Source of the DNA: Candidatus Omnitrophota bacterium
GTDB lineage: Bacteria; Omnitrophota; Gorgyraeia; Gygaellales; Profunditerraquicolaceae
Assembly: GCA_016867005.1 (NCBI GenBank)
Contig: VGKM01000003.1
Coordinates: forward strand, 1 to 32,863
Length of the DNA stretch: 32,863 nt
Direction of reading: 5' to 3'
Shown: positions 27,491-32,863 of the stretch, one piece after another
How positions within the stretch are numbered: position 1 is the first letter of the stretch
How the letters are laid out: every line of letters begins with the position of its first letter
Notes under the pieces: generated by a model
What the model was told of the DNA's origin: nothing
Seen by the model: the letters and a program-made list of their open reading frames with translations, nothing else
Databases searched by the model: none
Program-made: the position numbers and the translations under genes

Positions 27491-28942
27491 ATGAAGCTAT
27501 CCAGCTTGTTTAAAGGTATTTTAGAATATAAGGCCGGGGCCGGAATACCCGATATCGAGATCAAAGGTATTAGCAGTGATTCCAAGAAAACATCCTGCGG
27601 GTATATTTTTGTTGCGGTAAAAGGCGCCTGTTTTGACGGCCACCGTTTTATCAAAGAGGCGGTGGATAACGGTGCCAGCGTAATATTGGCAGAAAAACCC
27701 CGGCAGGCAGGTTATTGCCATAATGTGCCGGTGCTCCCGGTAAAAGATTCAAGGAGCGTATTAGCAAGATTAGCATCTGTATTTTACGGCAGGCCAAGCG
27801 ATAAACTTAAAATTATCGGTATCACCGGGACTAACGGAAAAACAACAGTCACATATCTTATAGAGGCATTGTTAAGAAATGCTAAGAAAAAAACAGGAGT
27901 CATAGGGACGATCAATTATCGTTTTAACGGGAAAATCATACCTTCGGTCAATACTACTCCCGGGCCGCTGGAGTTGCAGCCGATGTTTAAAGGCATGTTG
28001 GATAGTAAAGCAGAGTATCTTGTTATGGAAGTTTCTTCGCATGCATTGGACCAGAAGAGAGTCGAAGGCATAAAATTCCAAAGTGCCATATTTACAAACT
28101 TAACAGGCGACCACCTTGATTACCATGGGAGTTTCTCGAACTATTTTCATGCAAAAGCTAAACTCTTCAGGGCTCTCCCCGGAAGTTCTGCAGCCATTAT
28201 CAATATTGACGACCCTTATGCTAATAAGCTGATAAATATGACCAAGGCAAGAGTTATCACCTATGGCATAAAGAACAAGGCAAATATTATGGCAGGCGGT
28301 ATAAAATCCGGCCCCCGGTATACCGAATTTATTTTAAGCTGGGGAAAAAATAAGCTGCAGGTTAAGTCCCCGCTTATAGGCAGGCATAATATTTATAATA
28401 TTCTTGCTGCAGCCAGTTTTGCGCTTGAAGAAGGGTTAAGGCCGGCACTTATTAAATCGGCATTGGAGAAATTTGTGGCGGCCCCCGGCCGGCTGGAAAG
28501 GATAGATTCGGGTAGGGATTTTAGTTGTTTCGTTGACTATGCCCATACGCACGATGCCCTTAAGAACGTCATAGTCGCCCTTAGAGAAATTTCCCGCAAT
28601 AAAATAATCGTGGTCTTTGGTTGCGGCGGAGACAGGGACAAGTTAAAAAGGCCGCTGATGGGTAAAGTCGCTACCGAGTTGGCAGATTTTTCCGTGATAA
28701 CCAATGATAACCCGCGTTCAGAAAATCCCCGGAAGATAATCTCTGATATTGAAAGAGGGATAAGAAAAGACAATTTTTGCGTTGTCCTGGACCGTAAAAA
28801 GGCAATCAAAAAAGCGATTTCTCTTGCCGCCAAAGGAGATGTTATCCTGGTAGCCGGCAAGGGGCATGAGGTTTACCAGGTTTTGGGGGATAAAAAGATC
28901 CATTTTGATGACCGAGAGGCAGTCAGAGAATGTTTACGATAA
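27491..28942 (+). CDS. murE: UDP-MurNAc-L-Ala-D-Glu:meso-diaminopimelate ligase
   Basis: GTNGKTT, MEVSSH, DHLDYH, DYAHT, DNPR (meso-DAP specificity motif), AGKGHE. Confidence 0.97.
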   Translation: MKLSSLFKGILEYKAGAGIPDIEIKGISSDSKKTSCGYIFVAVKGACFDGHRFIKEAVDNGASVILAEKPRQAGYCHNVPVLPVKDSRSVLARLASVFYGRPSDKLKIIGITGTNGKTTVTYLIEALLRNAKKKTGVIGTINYRFNGKIIPSVNTTPGPLELQPMFKGMLDSKAEYLVMEVSSHALDQKRVEGIKFQSAIFTNLTGDHLDYHGSFSNYFHAKAKLFRALPGSSAAIINIDDPYANKLINMTKARVITYGIKNKANIMAGGIKSGPRYTEFILSWGKNKLQVKSPLIGRHNIYNILAAASFALEEGLRPALIKSALEKFVAAPGRLERIDSGRDFSCFVDYAHTHDALKNVIVALREISRNKIIVVFGCGGDRDKLKRPLMGKVATELADFSVITNDNPRSENPRKIISDIERGIRKDNFCVVLDRKKAIKKAISLAAKGDVILVAGKGHEVYQVLGDKKIHFDDREAVRECLR

Positions 28943-30282
28943 AAGAAATACTTTTTGCTACCAAGGGAAAACTGATCAAGCCGGTAAAGGATTTTAGCAT
29001 ACGGTCATTTTCTACCGATTCCCGTTCGATTAAGAAAAACGATGCTTTTATTGCTTTAAAAGGCGATAAGTTTGACGGGCATTTGTTTATCCGGGAAGCG
29101 CTTAAGAAAGGCGCAAGCTGTATTATTGTTCAGTCATCAGCTTTCAGCTTTCAGCTGCCAGCTAAAATTCCTTTTATTATCGTTAAAGATACTGCAAAGG
29201 CATTGGGCGACCTGGCGCGGTTTAACAGGCTTAAATTTAATATTCCGATCATTGCCGTAACCGGGTCCAACGGAAAAACAACTGCCAAGGAAATGATCGC
29301 CTGTGTTTTATCCGGAAAATTCAAAGTTTTAAAAAACGAAGGGACAAAGAACAACCATATCGGCCTGCCGCAGGCACTATGTAAACTCGATGCCAGTTAT
29401 CAGGTAGGCGTTTTAGAATTAGGGGCGAACCACTTCGGAGAAATCAAATATCTGGCAGGGATATTGCGGCCGAATATCGGGTTGATCACCAATATCGGGC
29501 CGTCGCACCTGGAGAATTTTTCCAGCCTTAGCGGAGTCTTTAAGGAAAAAAGTTCATTAATGGCGTCGCTTATCAGCCCGCATATCGGGGTGCTTAACCA
29601 GGATGATGCATTTTTAAGAAAGATACCCGGCAGAGAAAAGCTTAAGCCGTTCATTTTTGGTTTTGGGATTGACAGGAAAAGCGATTTTACCGCTTCCGAT
29701 ATCAGGGCAAGCGGCGACAAAATATCTTTTTTGGTCAAAGGCAATAAATTCACCCTTTGTAATTTCGCCAGGCACAATATTTATAATGCAATGGCTGCAA
29801 TTGCAATCGGCAGGATTTTCGGCTTAAGCTACCGGCAGATAAGCCAGAGATTAGCCGGGTTTTCTTCTCCGAAAGGGCGGTTCAATATCTTTGAGCTATC
29901 CGGTGCCACATTTATCGACGATACTTATAATTCTAATCCGTTCTCATTCAGGGCGGCCCTGGAGGCGCTGGAGAATTATAAGAAAAGCGGCAGGAAGATC
30001 GTGGTTATGGGTGATATGCTTGAGCTGGGAGCCGATAAAGAATCATTCCACCGTAAGGCGCTTATTGATGCGGCGCGCGTTTCTGATTGCATTATTACTG
30101 TCGGCCCGCTTTCAAAAATAGCCGCAGAGGCAGCCCAGAAGGCCGGGGCCGGCAATATCTTTACCTGTTTTGACCCGCACCAGGCGCGGGACGTCCTGTT
30201 TAACCAGGTTTATCCGCGCAAAAACGATGTCGTTTTAGTCAAGGGCTCCCGGTCGATGCGAATGGAAGGAGTTTTTATTTAA
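28930..30282 (+). CDS. murF: UDP-MurNAc-tripeptide:D-Ala-D-Ala ligase
   Basis: GSNGKTTAKE, NNHIGLP, DDTYNSNP, GDMLELG, LVKGSRSM. Confidence 0.97.
   Translation: MFTIKEILFATKGKLIKPVKDFSIRSFSTDSRSIKKNDAFIALKGDKFDGHLFIREALKKGASCIIVQSSAFSFQLPAKIPFIIVKDTAKALGDLARFNRLKFNIPIIAVTGSNGKTTAKEMIACVLSGKFKVLKNEGTKNNHIGLPQALCKLDASYQVGVLELGANHFGEIKYLAGILRPNIGLITNIGPSHLENFSSLSGVFKEKSSLMASLISPHIGVLNQDDAFLRKIPGREKLKPFIFGFGIDRKSDFTASDIRASGDKISFLVKGNKFTLCNFARHNIYNAMAAIAIGRIFGLSYRQISQRLAGFSSPKGRFNIFELSGATFIDDTYNSNPFSFRAALEALENYKKSGRKIVVMGDMLELGADKESFHRKALIDAARVSDCIITVGPLSKIAAEAAQKAGAGNIFTCFDPHQARDVLFNQVYPRKNDVVLVKGSRSMRMEGVFI
29129..29163 (+). repeat. Five tandem degenerate heptamers inside murF
   Basis: TTCAGTC ATCAGCT TTCAGCT TTCAGCT GCCAGCT, encoding QSSAFSFQLPA. 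Confidence 0.8.
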
Positions 30283-30284
30283 GC

Positions 30285-31373
30285 ATGCTGTATCATTTTT
30301 TATACCCGCTGCATGAAGCAGTATCATTTTTGAATATCTTCCAGTATATTACTTTCCGTAGTGCAATGGCGGCCATCACCGCATTTTTGCTCAGCCTGAT
30401 CTTCGGCCCCGTGATTATAAATAAACTGAAGGCCTTAAAGATAAGGGACAAAATCACCAAGGGTGACAGCGTAGAATTAGATAAATTACACAGTTATAAA
30501 CGCGATACCCCGACTATGGGCGGGATACTGATTTTGTCCGCGGTGATCATTTCGGCTTGTTTATGGGCGGACCTTTCTAATAAATACATATTGCTAGGCC
30601 TTTTTGTGCTGGCCTGGCTCGGCCTGACAGGGTTTATCGACGATTACCTGAAACTGGTAAAGAACAAATCCAAGGGCCTGACTGTTGCATCAAAATTTAC
30701 CAGCCAGCTGATACTCGGCCTTTTGATCGGTGTTATTTTATTTATGGACCCGGAGTATAATTCAAGGCTGGATATCCCTTTTTTAAAGGGTGTATCCGTT
30801 GACCTGGGATTGTTTCTTATTTTATTTGTGATCATAGTGCTTACAGGTACTTCCAATGCCGTTAACCTCACCGACGGCCTTGACGGACTGGCTATCGGCT
30901 GCGTGATCATGGTCAGCATAGCTTTCAGCGTGTTAAGTTATGTTTCAGGCAATATTAAATTTAGTGATTATTTATTGATCCCATACATAAAAGGGGCAGG
31001 AGAGCTGGCCGTATTCTGTTCTGCTATTTTGGGAGCGGGCCTGGGGTTTCTGTGGTTCAATTGTTTTCCTGCGTCAGTTTTTATGGGGGATGTCGGCTCA
31101 CTGGCATTGGGAGGCGCTTTGGGGATGGTAGCTTTGTTGATTAAAAAAGAATTACTCCTTATGATTGTCGGGGGAATTTTTGTCGTAGAGGCGCTTTCAG
31201 TAATCCTGCAGGTAACATCTTTCCGTTTTTTGAAAAGGCGTATCTTTAAGATCGCGCCGCTGCATCATCATTTTCAGTTTCTTAACTGGCCGGAAAGCAA
31301 GATAATCGTAAGGTTCTGGATCATCGCCGGGCTCCTGGCACTTTTTACAATAATCACACTGAAGATCAGGTAA
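30285..31373 (+). CDS. mraY: Phospho-MurNAc-pentapeptide translocase
   Basis: TPTMGG, DDY, NAVNLTDGLDGL, FMGDVGS, APLHHHF. Confidence 0.98.
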   Translation: MLYHFLYPLHEAVSFLNIFQYITFRSAMAAITAFLLSLIFGPVIINKLKALKIRDKITKGDSVELDKLHSYKRDTPTMGGILILSAVIISACLWADLSNKYILLGLFVLAWLGLTGFIDDYLKLVKNKSKGLTVASKFTSQLILGLLIGVILFMDPEYNSRLDIPFLKGVSVDLGLFLILFVIIVLTGTSNAVNLTDGLDGLAIGCVIMVSIAFSVLSYVSGNIKFSDYLLIPYIKGAGELAVFCSAILGAGLGFLWFNCFPASVFMGDVGSLALGGALGMVALLIKKELLLMIVGGIFVVEALSVILQVTSFRFLKRRIFKIAPLHHHFQFLNWPESKIIVRFWIIAGLLALFTIITLKIR

Positions 31374-31379
31374 ATTTCT

Positions 31380-32648
31380 ATGCGCAATCATGATTATTTC
31401 AGGGGGAAAAGCGTAACAGTCGTCGGGCTGGCAAGAAGCGGATTAAGCTGCGCTAATCTTTTATTTGACTTGGGAGCAAAGGTCAGCGTGACAGATAGCC
31501 AGGATAATGCAATCACCCGTCAGAATGCCTCGAAATTAAGATCAAAAGAAATAAAGGCCGAGCTGGGGGCGCACACCTATGAATTTATAAAAGGGCGAGA
31601 CCTGGTTGTTATTTCTCCCGGGGTCCCGGATTCGGCGCCGCCCATTGCCTGGGCAGGAGATTTGAAGGTCCCGGTTAAAAGCGAGATAGAGATCGGTTCA
31701 ATTGTATGCCCCGCTACCATTATTGCGGTAACGGGTTCTTGCGGCAAGACCACTGTCACTACTTTAATCGGTAAAATCCTTGAAGCAGAGGGCAGGAGGG
31801 TGTTTACCTGCGGCAACATCGGCAATCCTTTTTGCGGAGAAATACAGGATATGCGGGAAGGCGATTTTGTGGCCTTGGAGGTCAGTTCATTTCAGCTGGA
31901 ACATATTGTTTCTTTTAAGCCGAAAGCAGCGCTGATCTTGAATTTCAGCCGCAACCACCTGGACAGGTATAATAATATGGAAGAATATATTACAGCCAAG
32001 AAGCGCATTTTTATGAATCAGGATGAGGGCGATTTCCTGGTTTTAAACAAAGAGGATAAGCTTTCCGGAAAAATAGCCGCTGAAGCTAAAGCGAAAGTTA
32101 TATTTTTTTCCCGCACCAGCAGGCTTACTTCAAACCAGGCAGCAGTGGCGGCTATAGGCGGGATATTCGGCATAAAAGAAGAAACCTGCCAAAAGGTATT
32201 CTCTGAATTTAAAGGGCTGGAACACCGGTTTGAATTTGTTGCAGAGATCAACAGAGTAAAGTTTATTAACGACTCCAAGGCAACAACGGTCGAGTCATGT
32301 AAAATGGCGCTGGAGAACTTATCTTCTCCTGTGATCTTGATTGCAGGGGGCAGGCATAAAGGGCTTGATTACAGCGGCCTGCTTTCGTCTGCGCGGGGAA
32401 AGGTCAAGGTCGCGATCTTGATCGGAGAAGCAAGGCAGAATATAAGAGAAGCTTTTAAAGAAGAGCTTCCTTTGGAGGAAGCAAATACCCTGGAAGAGGC
32501 AGTGGGAAAGGCCTATAGAAATGCGAAAGCCGGGGATTCCGTATTATTATCTCCGATGTGCTCGAGTTTTGATATGTTTTCAAGCTACGAGGAAAGAGGC
32601 AGGGCCTTTAAAAAGGCAGTTAATGATTTGTTGATAGAAGAGGGCTGA
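31380..32648 (+). CDS. murD: UDP-MurNAc-L-Ala:D-Glu ligase
   Basis: GLARSG, SPGV, GSCGKTT, EVSSFQL, HLDRY, NDSKAT, LLSPMCSSFDMF..YEERG. Confidence 0.96.
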   Translation: MRNHDYFRGKSVTVVGLARSGLSCANLLFDLGAKVSVTDSQDNAITRQNASKLRSKEIKAELGAHTYEFIKGRDLVVISPGVPDSAPPIAWAGDLKVPVKSEIEIGSIVCPATIIAVTGSCGKTTVTTLIGKILEAEGRRVFTCGNIGNPFCGEIQDMREGDFVALEVSSFQLEHIVSFKPKAALILNFSRNHLDRYNNMEEYITAKKRIFMNQDEGDFLVLNKEDKLSGKIAAEAKAKVIFFSRTSRLTSNQAAVAAIGGIFGIKEETCQKVFSEFKGLEHRFEFVAEINRVKFINDSKATTVESCKMALENLSSPVILIAGGRHKGLDYSGLLSSARGKVKVAILIGEARQNIREAFKEELPLEEANTLEEAVGKAYRNAKAGDSVLLSPMCSSFDMFSSYEERGRAFKKAVNDLLIEEG

Positions 32649-32649
32649 T

Positions 32650-32863
32650 ATGCTGCGTACCATCCGGATAAACCTGTTTATTGTAACCGTGATCCTGATC
32701 TGTATCGGGGTCGTAATGATTTTCAGCGCTTCGAGTATTTATACATGGGAAAGGTACAAAGACAGTTTTTTCTTTTTAAAGAGGCACCTTTTGTTCCTTC
32801 TGATCGGTTCTGTCCTGACTTTTCTGGCTATGGCAATCGATTACCGCATACTGCGTAAATTTG
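32650..32863 (+). CDS. ftsW: FtsW (SEDS family), 3'-truncated by the window edge
   Basis: Own translation: MLRTIRINLFIVTVILICIGVVMIFSASS...FFLKRHLLF...IDYR; directly after murD. Confidence 0.9.
   Translation, partial: MLRTIRINLFIVTVILICIGVVMIFSASSIYTWERYKDSFFFLKRHLLFLLIGSVLTFLAMAIDYRILRKF

Overview
Bacterial chromosomal window with every gene on the + strand. Gene content and order suggest a PVC-superphylum organism such as Ca. Omnitrophota, but this is inference only. Four blocks are present. (1) The 3' part of a tRNA-Pro(CGG) followed by a REP-like hairpin. (2) A ~15 kb accessory locus: a CHASE-PAS-PAS-PAS histidine kinase with a C-terminal degenerate GGDEF-like domain, a stand-alone receiver, and an MSHA-like type IV pilus cluster. 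The cluster holds a PilB/MshE ATPase, a PilC/MshG platform, six prepilin-type genes, a frameshifted PilM-PilN (MshI-like) fusion, PilO/MshJ and PilP/MshK. A TMTC-like GT-C glycosyltransferase with TPRs sits directly behind the major pilin, and no secretin is in the cluster. (3) A housekeeping run: acyP, metallophosphoesterase, ligA, lipoprotein, MBL hydrolase, xerD, tRNA nucleotidyltransferase, rbfA, nrnA, ribF. (4) The start of the dcw cluster: mraZ, rsmH, ftsL-like, ftsI, murE, murF, mraY, murD, partial ftsW. The best candidate for an undescribed system is the pilus locus with its own TMTC-type glycosyltransferase, a Cys-free pilin carrying three Asn-Ser-Ser motifs, a dedicated promoter/leader/hairpin cassette around the pilin, and a large PilX-adhesin fusion.
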